The notes under the pieces were generated by a model. That model was not told the origin of the DNA, made no database searches, and saw only the letters and a list, made by a program, of their open reading frames with translations. From NCBI GenBank assembly GCA_049682815.1, contig JBAUII010000079.1:29864-93863 (forward strand): a DNA stretch of 64,000 nucleotides, written 5' to 3'. This DNA comes from Thermodesulfobacteriota bacterium. Lineage in GTDB: Bacteria; Desulfobacterota_D; UBA1144; Nemesobacterales; CSP1-2. Made by a program: the position numbers and the translations under genes. Each line of letters starts with the position of its first letter. Positions within the stretch are counted from its first letter, which is position 1. Positions 36,784 to 46,783 of the stretch are shown piece by piece.

Positions 36784-38271
36784 TCACTTTGATGCTGCTA
36801 CTGCTCGATCTGATGCCCATCTCTCTAGTCTCGAAATCTCCTCCCGCATCGTTGTAGAGAGTGGAACTATAGAAGACGCTGCGATTATAAGTTCTCTGTC
36901 ATCCAATTCCTTTTGTTTTGAATAGGCTTCAAAAAGGGCGGATACCACGACCTGTTCAATCTCTGAACCGGAAAGTCCTTCGGTGTTCTTGGCAAGGGAA
37001 TCTAAATCGAAGGAGTCGGGATCCTTATGGCGGTTGACAATGTGAATTCGGAATATCTCTTTTCGATCTATTTTTGACGGAAGGGATACGAAAAAGATCT
37101 CATCGAACCTGCCCTTTCTCAAGATCTCCGGCGGTAGCAGGTCAATTTGATTTGCAGTGGCGGCTATAAATACGGGGTGTTTCTTTTCTTGCATCCAGGT
37201 AAGAAAAGAGCCGAATATCCTCGATGCAGGACTATCGCCTGTTTTCTCCCCGCTCCTTGTGATCCCGGCCTCGATTTCGTCTATCCATAGCACGCAGGGA
37301 GAAATTCTCTCAACGGTCTTGATTGTGTTTCGAAAGGCTTCTTCGGGTGTTCCAAACACACCGCTATAAAGTTGATTTAGGTCGAGCCGCAATAACGGTA
37401 AATTCCAAACTGAAGCGACGGCCTTAGCACATAGGCTCTTACCACAACCGCTTATTCCCATTATTAGTAATCCCTTGGGCATGTCAAGCCCATATTTCCT
37501 GCCATCCGAGCCAAATGCTAATGCCCGTGTTTTGAGCCATTCCTTTAGATTTTCCAGGCCGCCGATGTCATCCAAGCCCACTCTAGCTCTTACGTATTCC
37601 AGTGTTCCGGTTCTGTTTATCAAGAGAGCCTTCTCATCCATGAGGGATGTAACGATCTCTTCTTCACCTTTTTCTTCTCCATCCAGGAGGATCCTCCTTA
37701 GAGCAAATTTCATTTCGGAAGATCCAAGGCCCTGCAAAGCGTGAACGCATTTTTCCCTGAACTCAGGGGTATAATGATTTTGACGGCTGCTATCTTTAAA
37801 TGGAGCTGTGACTTCGTCAAATATCATCCTGGCATCATCTACATCTGGAAGTCCAATTTCGAATATGGTTATTTCCTTTTCTAATTCAGGTGGGAGGACT
37901 GCAGATGGGGAAATGATGAACAGGGTTTTAGAGCTACTTTTCAGAGTTTGATGTAGGTCCTTCAATTCCCTTATTATCTTTGGGTCTTTAAGAAAAAAGT
38001 GAAGGTCCTTAAAAAGAAAGAATCCCTTTTGATTGGTCTCCCGAACTTGTTTCAAGGCGCTTAAGGCGTCGTTGATTCCTTCTGATACCCCATTTCCTCC
38101 GCTAAACCCGTTGGTACAGGACCAGGAGTATACACTATATTCATCATGAAACGACTCCTTCGAAAGCAGTCTCAACGACTCCTCGACACGTTCTTCTTCC
38201 CAACTAATAAGGTAGATAAGTGGATATTCAGCCCTTATGCAACTTGCTATTTTGTCGGATGGAAATGCCAT
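36784..38271 (-). CDS. AAA+ ATPase (Ycf46-like architecture: about 230-aa N-domain + single AAA module)
   Basis: Walker A GISGCGKS, Walker B VLWIDEIE, second region of homology ATANQIDLLPPEILRKGRFDE. Confidence 0.7.
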   Translation of the reverse strand: MAFPSDKIASCIRAEYPLIYLISWEEERVEESLRLLSKESFHDEYSVYSWSCTNGFSGGNGVSEGINDALSALKQVRETNQKGFFLFKDLHFFLKDPKIIRELKDLHQTLKSSSKTLFIISPSAVLPPELEKEITIFEIGLPDVDDARMIFDEVTAPFKDSSRQNHYTPEFREKCVHALQGLGSSEMKFALRRILLDGEEKGEEEIVTSLMDEKALLINRTGTLEYVRARVGLDDIGGLENLKEWLKTRALAFGSDGRKYGLDMPKGLLIMGISGCGKSLCAKAVASVWNLPLLRLDLNQLYSGVFGTPEEAFRNTIKTVERISPCVLWIDEIEAGITRSGEKTGDSPASRIFGSFLTWMQEKKHPVFIAATANQIDLLPPEILRKGRFDEIFFVSLPSKIDRKEIFRIHIVNRHKDPDSFDLDSLAKNTEGLSGSEIEQVVVSALFEAYSKQKELDDRELIIAASSIVPLSTTMREEISRLERWASDRAVAASK

Positions 38272-38402
38272 AGTTGTGTCTAATCCAGGGTACTTTACTT
38301 GTCTTACTTATTCCAATAGTTCAACTGTCAACCGAAAATCTCATATATAAGAAAATTATACTTGGTGTTTTGTCCAAACAAGTTACGGCGAATTACCAGA
38401 AC

Positions 38403-39947
38403 CTAAAGTCCTCGTGTCGTCGCTCTTTTAGGGTGCTCCTTTCTCCATCTAAGCTTATTGAGAGCATTTATGTAAGCCTTTGCGCTTGCAACCACAATGT
38501 CGGTACTCGAACCTTGGCCCTGAGAGAAAATTCCATCTTCTTCAATCCTGACAGTAACTTCACCTTGCGCGTCCGTACCACCAGTAATCGAGGCTACCAT
38601 GTAGTGTTCAAGATTGGGATTTATACCAGTTGCCTTGGAAATGGCTTTATAGGCGGCATCTACCGGGCCTCCGCCACTCTCAGATACTGTTACCTCCTCT
38701 CCTTCTATATCGAGCTTAACAGTCGCAACCGGATTCATATCGGTCCCACCCGAAAAGTTAGCCGAAATGAGCTTATAGTAATCCGAAGAACGAACAAATT
38801 CTTCGCTGATAAGTGCTTCAATATCCTCGTCAAAAACATACTTTTTCTTGTCCGCGAGATCTTTAAACTTCTTAAATGCGGTGAGAAAATCCTTCTCGTT
38901 TAGAAAATAACCATACTCTTCGAGCCTTTTTCGGAATGCATGTCTGCCCGAGTGTTTTCCAAGGATTATCTTATTTGAAGGAATGCCAATTTCTTCAGCC
39001 TTCATTATTTCATAAGTAATTCTTTCCTTAAGAACCCCGTCTTGATGTATCCCTGCTTCATGCGCAAAAGCATTGGCTCCTACGATCGCTTTATTCGGCG
39101 GAACACTAACCCCTGTCACCTGTGACACTATTCTGCTTGTCGGGTAGATCTGCTCCGTGATGATTCTGGTTTTATACGGATGTCTGTCACTTCGTACCTT
39201 AAGTGCCATAACGATTTCTTCAAGCGATGCATTTCCTGCCCGTTCGCCAAGCCCATTGATCGTGCATTCAACCTGCCTCGCACCCTCATTAATTGCAGCA
39301 ATCGAGTTTGCGACTGCCAGTCCAAGATCGTTGTGGCAGTGGACGCTCAATGTTACATTGTCAAGACCGGGAACTTTCTCTTTCAATGTTCTTATTATAT
39401 GTGCGAACTCTTCGGGAACTGTATATCCGACCGTATCCGGGATATTAATAGTGGTAGCACCAGCTCTTATGGCTATATCCACAGAGCGGCAGAGGAAATC
39501 AAGGTCCGTCCTGGTGGCATCTTCGGTCGAGAATTCAACGTTGTCAGTATATCGCTTAGCGTGCTTAACGGCGGCGCTGATTATTTCCAGGACCTCTTCC
39601 TTTTCTTTTCTGAGTTTGTGCTTGAGATGTATGTCGGAGGTCGCGATAAAGGTATGAATCCTGGGATATTCAGCTCCTTTTATTGCTTCCCAACCTCTAT
39701 CTATATCGTTAAAATTGGCCCTGCAGAGGCCAGCAATTTCACAGCCCCTGATTTTATCGGCAATAACTTTCACTGATTGAAAATCACCCTCGGAGGAGAT
39801 GGGGAAGCCGGCTTCGATAATGTCTACACCAAGTTTTTCTAACTGGTAAGCAACCCTGAGTTTTTCCTCGACAGTCATTCCGCATCCAGGGGCTTGCTCG
39901 CCGTCTCGGAGTGTAGTATCAAAAATTTTAACTATATCACTACTCAT
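38403..39947 (-). CDS. leuA: 2-isopropylmalate synthase
   Basis: [27 protein letters not shown]-terminal LeuA dimerisation/regulatory domain. 514 aa. Confidence 0.92.
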   Translation of the reverse strand: MSSDIVKIFDTTLRDGEQAPGCGMTVEEKLRVAYQLEKLGVDIIEAGFPISSEGDFQSVKVIADKIRGCEIAGLCRANFNDIDRGWEAIKGAEYPRIHTFIATSDIHLKHKLRKEKEEVLEIISAAVKHAKRYTDNVEFSTEDATRTDLDFLCRSVDIAIRAGATTINIPDTVGYTVPEEFAHIIRTLKEKVPGLDNVTLSVHCHNDLGLAVANSIAAINEGARQVECTINGLGERAGNASLEEIVMALKVRSDRHPYKTRIITEQIYPTSRIVSQVTGVSVPPNKAIVGANAFAHEAGIHQDGVLKERITYEIMKAEEIGIPSNKIILGKHSGRHAFRKRLEEYGYFLNEKDFLTAFKKFKDLADKKKYVFDEDIEALISEEFVRSSDYYKLISANFSGGTDMNPVATVKLDIEGEEVTVSESGGGPVDAAYKAISKATGINPNLEHYMVASITGGTDAQGEVTVRIEEDGIFSQGQGSSTDIVVASAKAYINALNKLRWRKEHPKRATTRGL

Positions 39948-40186
39948 TTAATCCACTCTAGTTCGATAAAACAACTGAATTTATTCTAAGTCTATAAGGA
40001 TATTTTGTCAATTGTTTCTGGAGAGCGTTTATACTTATTTTTTCACGGCGAGAGCAAAAGCTCTGACATACGTTAATGAAAATAACATAGAATTTCCAAA
40101 AAAGTTTCTATCAATAGTTTATACTTTTGCTAAGTTTATGAATCACTGCCGTATGTGTTCAAACTATATCGTCAAAAGGTAATCCA

Positions 40187-40813
40187 ATGAAAGAAATCTA
40201 TCCAGGCATTTATACATGGTCTTGGTTATCTCCGAAGCACGGATATAACTTTAATGGGTATGCTTTGAAGGGAGAGGATGGTCTGATCATCATTGATCCT
40301 GCGCTCATGAGCGAAGAGGAGCTCGATGATATTCTCAGGCTCGGAACGCCGAAATACATTATATTAACAAACAAGGATCACGAGAGGATGGCCTATGAAT
40401 TCAGAGATAGATATGCAGCAAAGATTTATGTCAATGAAATGGATTCTGCATTTCTTAAATCTTCTCCTGACCAGACATTTCGCGACAGAGATCAATTGCC
40501 AGGGGATCTTAAGGTAATAAACATTCCTCATAATAAATCCCAGGGAGAATCAGCACTTCTTCTTTCTAAAGGTAAAGGGGTTCTTTTTATCGGGGATGCG
40601 ATTATCGGCTGGCCGAAGGGGGAATTTTCCCTTCTTCCTGAGGGTAAATACGCCGATCCTCAGAAGGCAAAGGATTCTATCGGGGTCTTACTCGAACATG
40701 ATTTTGATATAGTGCTTGTAGGTGATGGGGAATCAATATTGGAAGGAGGCAAGGAGGCAGTTAGACGATTTCTAAATCGTGAGAATGTCCATCTAACATT
40801 ACCTGTTCAATAG
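40187..40813 (+). CDS. MBL-fold protein with degenerate metal motif
   Basis: The overall beta-lactamase-fold pattern is present (GLIIIDP...YIILTNKDHERM...LFIGDAI). The canonical HxHxDH is reduced to NKDH. Confidence 0.5.
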   Translation: MKEIYPGIYTWSWLSPKHGYNFNGYALKGEDGLIIIDPALMSEEELDDILRLGTPKYIILTNKDHERMAYEFRDRYAAKIYVNEMDSAFLKSSPDQTFRDRDQLPGDLKVINIPHNKSQGESALLLSKGKGVLFIGDAIIGWPKGEFSLLPEGKYADPQKAKDSIGVLLEHDFDIVLVGDGESILEGGKEAVRRFLNRENVHLTLPVQ

Positions 40814-40928
40814 AGTATCGATTCGCTTATGACCTGAGCCTTATTATTGGCTTCAGATAAACGTAATTTGAGTGTCTGGCTAATTGTGGATAAGTGATAT
40901 TGCACTATTAGCAAGGGTGGGTTGGAAA

Positions 40929-41255
40929 ATGGGAAGGCCTGATTATGTAAAGGTAGCGACGATTGATGAACTTCCCTCTGGAACCGGGAAACTAGTCATA
41001 GGAGCATTTGAAAAACCGATTGCGCTCTTTAATGTTAATGGAGATTTTTTTGCTATTAACTATATATGTCCCCACATGGGGGGACCTCTCGGGGAAGGGA
41101 AATTGAACGGTTATGTTGTATCCTGCCCCTGGCACGGTTGGACATTCGATGTCAGGACTGGCTTGCCCGACCACCCAGGAGGCCATTCTGTTTCGGCCTA
41201 CGATGTTAAGATTGAAGGTAATAATATCTTTGTTGGGTGGTTAAAGAAGGTTTAG
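40929..41255 (+). CDS. Rieske [2Fe-2S] domain protein (NirD-like small subunit)
   Basis: CPHMGGPL...CPWHGWTF. The internal ATG at 40929 is preferred over the track start 40884. Confidence 0.8.
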   Translation: MGRPDYVKVATIDELPSGTGKLVIGAFEKPIALFNVNGDFFAINYICPHMGGPLGEGKLNGYVVSCPWHGWTFDVRTGLPDHPGGHSVSAYDVKIEGNNIFVGWLKKV

Positions 41256-41307
41256 AAATCTAGAAAAATATTAAAGTCGTGATTGCTAAAGAATACTAAG
41301 GTAAGCT

Positions 41308-42066
41308 TCAAAGCCCTGTAGGCAAATCTATATAAATGCAGTCGATTCTAAATTTCCGCTGAACAACTTCTGCGAGGGCCTTCAATCCTAAGGTCTCTGT
41401 GGCGTGATGGCCTGCAAAGATCACGTTCATTCTTGAATCCTGTGCTGTATAATAGACTTCAATTGCATCGCCAGTGATGTATAAATCGACACCCGAATTC
41501 AATGCTTCGTAAAAACCTCCATAGCCTCCTCCGCCGCTACAAACCGCAAGTGTTTTGACTTTTTCCTTTCCAAACGGAAGCACAATACAATTTGTGTTCA
41601 ATTTGGTGTTTAGTTTACGCTCGATTTGTTTCAATGAGACTGCTCTTATGGTCATACCGATCCAGCCGATATTTTTGCCCTCATGTAACAGAAATTCATT
41701 CGTCACATTTGCTCCTAGTAGTTTTAGTAGCTGGGCGTTGTTCCCGATTACCCTGTGTCTGTCCAATGGTAGGTGGCAGGCATATAGCGAGGTCTGGTGT
41801 TTGTACAGAATGTCTATCCTTTCTTTTGCCCAACCGACTATGGAAGGGTTTTGTGTGTGCCAAAAATGTCCATGATGTACAAAAATTAGATCTGCTTTTT
41901 TCTGTATGGCTATTTTAAATGTATCGATGCTTGCATCAACCGCAAAGGCAATTTTCTTTACTTCTGATCTGCCCTCGAATTGAAGTCCATTCCAGCAAGT
42001 GTCTCTTATATCTTCTATTTTAAGATATTGGTTAATGAAGTAGACGATTTTTTTAAGCTGCGGCAT
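41308..42066 (-). CDS. Nif3-like dinuclear metal centre protein (YbgI/GTP cyclohydrolase I type 2 homologue)
   Basis: VHHGHFW, LYACHLPLD, GHHATE motifs. 252 aa. Confidence 0.85.
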   Translation of the reverse strand: MPQLKKIVYFINQYLKIEDIRDTCWNGLQFEGRSEVKKIAFAVDASIDTFKIAIQKKADLIFVHHGHFWHTQNPSIVGWAKERIDILYKHQTSLYACHLPLDRHRVIGNNAQLLKLLGANVTNEFLLHEGKNIGWIGMTIRAVSLKQIERKLNTKLNTNCIVLPFGKEKVKTLAVCSGGGGYGGFYEALNSGVDLYITGDAIEVYYTAQDSRMNVIFAGHHATETLGLKALAEVVQRKFRIDCIYIDLPTGL

Positions 42067-42131
42067 TTATTCAGAAGAAAAATTATTATTTTCTGAAAAT
42101 CAGGATCTTCCCTCATCAATATTGTTTAATG

Positions 42132-42205
42132 TGGCTGGGGGACTAGGATTCGAACCTAGACTTATGGGTCCAGAGCCCATCGTCCTGCCGTTAGACGATC
42201 CCCCA
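42132..42205 (-). tRNA. tRNA-Gln (anticodon CTG), CCA encoded
   Basis: TGGGGGA...ATGGG-CTCTGGA-CCCAT...CTAGG-TTCGAAT-CCTAG-TCCCCCA-G-CCA. The U1-A72 pair is typical of bacterial tRNA-Gln. Confidence 0.85.
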
Positions 42206-42346
42206 GTTGAAGGTTTCTAGTATTTATAAAATCATCATTTCAGTCAAGATCTGGCCTAGTGACCTATTCTATTGCATATTTGTATATAATACATAAAATA
42301 ATTTTGTCTAGGCCTAAAATTCCCAAATAGGAGGATTTAATGTCAT

Positions 42347-42526
42347 ATGCCTGCAAAGATCATCACTGTTAGGGCTAAAACTAAAGAGGAGCTCAAAAAA
42401 CAAGTATCGAAGAAATTAAAGGAGGCGGCTAAGAAAGGACTCACCTATATTTTACAGGGCTATAGTGACAACAGGGTAAAAAGGATCAAGGGGATTTATG
42501 AGATTGATCTTACGGTTCATTCGTAG
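42347..42526 (+). CDS. Candidate 59-aa basic protein
   Basis: My own translation is MPAKIITVRAKTKEELKKQVSKKLKEAAKKGLTYILQGYSDNRVKRIKGIYEIDLTVHS. AGGAGG lies 10 nt upstream. Below the track size cut-off. Confidence 0.35.
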   Translation: MPAKIITVRAKTKEELKKQVSKKLKEAAKKGLTYILQGYSDNRVKRIKGIYEIDLTVHS

Positions 42527-42549
42527 CATCCGAGTCATAAGATTAGATT

Positions 42550-42918
42550 ATGGGCAGCGAAATACTTGAGACATTTAAAAATCAATATTCGGGAAGGGAG
42601 TACGAGATTGATATAACATGTCCCGAATTCACCTCGATATGCCCAAAGACGGGGCAGCCTGATTTTGGTGTGATAAGAATCAAGTATGTGCCTGACAAAC
42701 TTTGTATAGAGCTTAAGTCTCTTAAGCTCTATATACACTCTTACAGGAACGTCGGAGAGTTTCACGAGCATGTGACCAATAAGATACTTGACGATCTCGT
42801 GGATGCCTGCAAACCTCTGAGGGCTGAGGTAATCGGTGATTTTAATGTAAGAGGCGGGATAAAAACGATCGTAAGGGCAACATACTCTAAAAAAAACAAT
42901 GGGAGAAGAAAGATTTGA
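42550..42918 (+). CDS. queF: NADPH-dependent 7-cyano-7-deazaguanine (preQ0) reductase, type I
   Basis: ITCPEFTSICPKTGQPDFG and the QueF motif ELKSLKLY. 122 aa. Confidence 0.9.
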   Translation: MGSEILETFKNQYSGREYEIDITCPEFTSICPKTGQPDFGVIRIKYVPDKLCIELKSLKLYIHSYRNVGEFHEHVTNKILDDLVDACKPLRAEVIGDFNVRGGIKTIVRATYSKKNNGRRKI

Positions 42919-43081
42919 ATAAATGATTATTCCGTTCAAAGTTGGGAAATTATGTTACCGCTAGCCAAACTATTGATAATTTTTGCGGAAAATCGAGTTA
43001 TTATTTGCCTATTTTGATCACGGTAATGTAATACTTATAATCGAATTAGTAAAATTAATTAAATTGAGGTTCCTGATTGAT

Positions 43082-43894
43082 ATGTTATTAAAACTACAAG
43101 TATTTCTCACCGGTTTCATTATCATCACTATTATAGGTATAGCTGTCGCTGCTCCTTATATCACACCTTACGCTTATTATGAAGCAGATTTTAATAACCT
43201 TTTAAAATCGCCCAGCAAGAACCATCTCATGGGAACCGATGAGGAGGGGAGAGATCTTTTAAGCAGGGTCATTTACGGGGCGAGGGTATCCATCTTCGTT
43301 GCTCTCGGAACGGCATTTGTTGCGTTTTTTATTGGTACGATCTACGGGGCTATATCCGGTTACGTGGGGGGAAAGCTTGACGAGGCGATGATGAGAATAG
43401 TAGACGTATTCTATTCTCTTCCGGATCTACTGCTTATTGTACTCATTACTTTGGTAATAGGACGAGGCGTATTGGGAATCGTAATTGCCCTTGGACTTAC
43501 CGCCTGGATGAGAGTTGCAAGAATTGTTAGGGGTACGGTCATACAACTTAAGGCGGTGGATTTTGTAGAGTCGGCCCGAGGTCTTGGTGCATCTCCCTTC
43601 AGAATACTCACCGTTCATATCTTTCCTAATATACTGAGTCCACTAATCATTACCGTTACCTTTTCTGTTCCGTATGCTATATTGGCCGAATCTACATTAA
43701 GCTTCCTCGGGTTAGGGATTTCTCCGCCCGAGTCGAGCTGGGGCACGCTTGCCAGCACCGGTTGGCAGGGAATCAGGACTTTTCCTCATTTGATTGTTTT
43801 TCCTAGTCTCGCGATTTTCATAACTGCATTCTCTTTTAATCTATTCGGTGAAGGCATTAGAGATATGCTAGATCCGAAACTTAGCAGGACGTAA
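43082..43894 (+). CDS. ABC transporter permease, OppC/DppC-type
   Basis: N-terminal OppC_N-like segment (APYITPY...HLMGTDEEGRDLLSRVIYGARVS). EAA loop (VESARGLGASPFRILTVHIFPN). ATG at 43082 is preferred over the track start 42983. Confidence 0.8.
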   Translation: MLLKLQVFLTGFIIITIIGIAVAAPYITPYAYYEADFNNLLKSPSKNHLMGTDEEGRDLLSRVIYGARVSIFVALGTAFVAFFIGTIYGAISGYVGGKLDEAMMRIVDVFYSLPDLLLIVLITLVIGRGVLGIVIALGLTAWMRVARIVRGTVIQLKAVDFVESARGLGASPFRILTVHIFPNILSPLIITVTFSVPYAILAESTLSFLGLGISPPESSWGTLASTGWQGIRTFPHLIVFPSLAIFITAFSFNLFGEGIRDMLDPKLSRT

Positions 43895-43897
43895 CCT

Positions 43898-45934
43898 ATG
43901 GATAGTCTGTCTTTAGATATCGGGCGAATTTTCAATTCTGTATTGAGTTCGAAACATAAGGCTCTCTTATCTATTTCTTTGATTTTTGTGACCGTAGTAT
44001 TTTTTAACCAAACATCGCAAGCAGAAATAAATTGCGCTTATCTGGCTAATCAACAGGTAAGTAAGGGCGCCAAGGAGAGGTACAAGAGAGGATACTGTTT
44101 GATAAAAGTAGGAAGGTTTCAGGAGGGAGTTTCAGTGCTTGACGGGCTTGAAAATGAATTGCCCCTCATATCCGATTACATTCTGTATTATCAAGCCATT
44201 GGGCAAAAGGGTTTGGCGAATTCGCCCGGCGCGGAGAAACTTCTTAATCGGATTATAAGCTCCTATCCCTCGACGGGGGTCAGGAAAAGGACCCTGATAG
44301 CGCTGGGCGATATTTACCTCGAGACCGGTAATTACGATAGAGCTGAGAATGTATTTAGAACCTTATATAATGAGGAGACGGATCGACAGGATAAGGCCTT
44401 GTTCTTGAGTAAATTGGGGAACTCGTTGCAGAGTCAGCGTAAGTATATGGAAGCTACCAATGTATATAAATCGCTTTGGGTAGAATATCCTGACAGTATT
44501 TTTGAGGATGTCGCATATAATAACGCAATTTATATAGGAAGCAAGCAGGGGATCCCATTCACAGTTAGTGAATCGGATTATCTAAAGAGGGCTGAGATAT
44601 TATTTGAAAACTCGATGTGGAGCTCTTCGCTTATAGATCTTAATAAGGTTGCAAAAACAAGCGATGTAAAGACTAAAATGGGGATCGCCATGTTTCATGT
44701 TGGCAGGCTCGAGGAAGGTCTAAATCTATTGGCCGGGGTTAATTCCCCTGAGTCACTTTTTTGGAGGGCAAAAATCCGGGCTAAGCAAGGTCGAGATGGA
44801 GAGGCATCTGAACTCTATAGGACGATTCATCTAACCTATCCAAGCAGTCCATTAGCTCCAGAGGGCCTATATACTGCTGCCAGGCTCTACCAGATAAATG
44901 ACAACATCAGTAAGGCTATCGATTTTTATGATGAGCTTATAAGAAAGTATCCAAATAGTGAGTTTGCGGAGGATGGTGCCTGGAATCTTGGATGGATATA
45001 TTACAACCGGGGAAAGTTAGATCAGGCGCTAGTAACCTTTTCGGCCTTCACAAATTCTTCGGTGCCGTTCAATTCCACAAATAATAGATATTGGAAGGCT
45101 AGGGTTTTAGAAAAGCAAGGGAAGAAAGCAGAAGCCTTTGCTATTTATGATGGGCTTGCAACGTCGCAAACCCCTTCTTATCATTCCTACCTTGCACAGA
45201 TCAAGACAGGTAAAAGACCCAGCTTTGGGGGTTTGACCCCTGAGGCTTATGCTCAATCGGCCGATAATGATTCGATGAGGCTCAAGGTCGATCTATTAGC
45301 TGAACTGGAAATGTTTGATGATGCGTCCTTAGAAATAGGTGAAATGGTCAAGCGATCCAACGCAGATAAAGACCTTATCCAAGCAAGTCTACTTTATGCC
45401 CGAGTGAACGATTTTTATAATTCTGTTAAAATAGCCGAGGGCTTAAATTCGGCTATAGCGATTAGCCTGTCCTATCCGCGGGCCTATAGCGAGGTTGTAA
45501 GGGCCTATGCAAAAAAATATAACGTGGATGAATACCTAATCTATTCAATAATGAGGGAGGAGAGCAGATTTCAAAAGGATGTTCGCTCTCCTGCTAACGC
45601 AATTGGATTAATGCAGCTGCTTCCATCAACGGCAAGGTTGACTGCGGGGGAGGTAGGTATGAATGGTTTTAATACAGGGATGCTGAATATCCCTAGGGTC
45701 AATATTGAATTGGGTATTTATTATTTTAAGAAGGTATTGAATATGTTTAATGGTGATATTCATCTAGCCCTTTCAAGTTATAACGCAGGGCCGAATAGGG
45801 CAGAAGATTGGCTAATCATGTTTCCTAATCTTTCAAAAGATGAGTTTGTCGAGGAAATTCCCTTCAGGGAGACCAGAAACTACATTCGGAGGATATTGAG
45901 AAGCTACGGGGCCTATAAGGCCATCTACGATTGA
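43898..45934 (+). CDS. slt: Soluble lytic murein transglycosylase (Slt70-like: superhelical TPR-like N-domain + SLT domain)
   Basis: IMREESRFQKDVRSPANAIGLMQLLPSTA...SYNAGPNRA. 678 aa with a signal/anchor. Confidence 0.8.
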   Translation: MDSLSLDIGRIFNSVLSSKHKALLSISLIFVTVVFFNQTSQAEINCAYLANQQVSKGAKERYKRGYCLIKVGRFQEGVSVLDGLENELPLISDYILYYQAIGQKGLANSPGAEKLLNRIISSYPSTGVRKRTLIALGDIYLETGNYDRAENVFRTLYNEETDRQDKALFLSKLGNSLQSQRKYMEATNVYKSLWVEYPDSIFEDVAYNNAIYIGSKQGIPFTVSESDYLKRAEILFENSMWSSSLIDLNKVAKTSDVKTKMGIAMFHVGRLEEGLNLLAGVNSPESLFWRAKIRAKQGRDGEASELYRTIHLTYPSSPLAPEGLYTAARLYQINDNISKAIDFYDELIRKYPNSEFAEDGAWNLGWIYYNRGKLDQALVTFSAFTNSSVPFNSTNNRYWKARVLEKQGKKAEAFAIYDGLATSQTPSYHSYLAQIKTGKRPSFGGLTPEAYAQSADNDSMRLKVDLLAELEMFDDASLEIGEMVKRSNADKDLIQASLLYARVNDFYNSVKIAEGLNSAIAISLSYPRAYSEVVRAYAKKYNVDEYLIYSIMREESRFQKDVRSPANAIGLMQLLPSTARLTAGEVGMNGFNTGMLNIPRVNIELGIYYFKKVLNMFNGDIHLALSSYNAGPNRAEDWLIMFPNLSKDEFVEEIPFRETRNYIRRILRSYGAYKAIYD

Positions 45935-46119
45935 AGATTCTTAATCACCTTTCAGCCATTGTGACACGAACTTGAAAATAAAATTACAAATCACAAATTC
46001 CAAACAATTTTCAATTCCCAAATTTTTAAAGTTTGATTTTTGGTGCTTGCAATTTGTCTATAATTTGGAGCTTGGTCATTGGAATTTGAATTATGCTTGG
46101 TGTTTTCGTGCCTTTGTGG

Positions 46120-46767
46120 CTAAATAGATTTTGCAATATTAGCTTTCTTCTCTCCGCATAAATATGCAAAGTTCTCTAAAATCCTTAAACCCATCGAGCT
46201 ACTTTTCTCTGGGTGGAATTGGCATGCAAAGATGTTTCCCTTACTCACGGCGCATGTGAAATCTATACCGTAAGTAGTCCTCGCTGCGATAATATCTTGA
46301 TCGTCGGGTTCCGGATAGTATGAGTGTACAAAATAGAACCGGCTCCTATCTGGTATGCCCTTAAGTAAAGGTGTTTCTTTAACAAGTTCGACTTGATTCC
46401 AGCCCATGTGAGGTATTTTTAGCCTCTTGTCGTCGAATTTTGGAAATTTAACAATCTTGCCCTTGAAGATTTCCAGTCCACTGATTCCTGGTGATTCCTC
46501 GCTTTCCTCAAACAGCACCTGCAGTCCGAGACAAATTCCCAAGAAAGGTTTCTCTTGTATCATCCATTTTTTAATAGGTTCTATCAAGTTAAATTCATCT
46601 AAGTTTCTAACGCAATCACCGAACGCACCGACTCCGGGAAGGACAATACCGCTGGAGTTTAATATCTCCTCAGGGTTTCTTGTTACAGAGGTTGAATATC
46701 CAAGGCTTTCGAAGGCCTTGCTGACACTCCTGAGATTTCCCATTCCATAATCGATTATCGCAATCAT
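46120..46767 (-). CDS. hisH: Imidazole glycerol phosphate synthase, glutamine amidotransferase subunit
   Basis: MIAIIDYGMGNLRSV..., GICLGLQ (catalytic Cys), FVHSY, QFHPEKS. The start is set at the internal ATG 46767 with GGAGAG RBS. The upstream 26 codons of the track ORF translate the heptamer array. Confidence 0.9.
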   Translation of the reverse strand: MIAIIDYGMGNLRSVSKAFESLGYSTSVTRNPEEILNSSGIVLPGVGAFGDCVRNLDEFNLIEPIKKWMIQEKPFLGICLGLQVLFEESEESPGISGLEIFKGKIVKFPKFDDKRLKIPHMGWNQVELVKETPLLKGIPDRSRFYFVHSYYPEPDDQDIIAARTTYGIDFTCAVSKGNIFACQFHPEKSSSMGLRILENFAYLCGEKKANIAKSI

Positions 46768-46783
46768 GTAGCTCTCCAGGACG

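Noticed and set aside
38274-38903. 209-aa + strand ORF, plus other long antisense ORFs (39157..39657, 39180..39776, 50362..50976, 20343..20792, 29142..29708, 46799..47293, 51793..52221)
   Set aside because: All lie antisense within strongly supported genes (leuA, thiL, mlaF-like, island orf211, hisB/hisH, polA). They have low-complexity Ser/Leu/Pro-rich translations typical of shadow ORFs.
42527-42549. preQ1 riboswitch upstream of queF
   Set aside because: The gap is only 23 nt and lacks the conserved preQ1-I/II sequence features.
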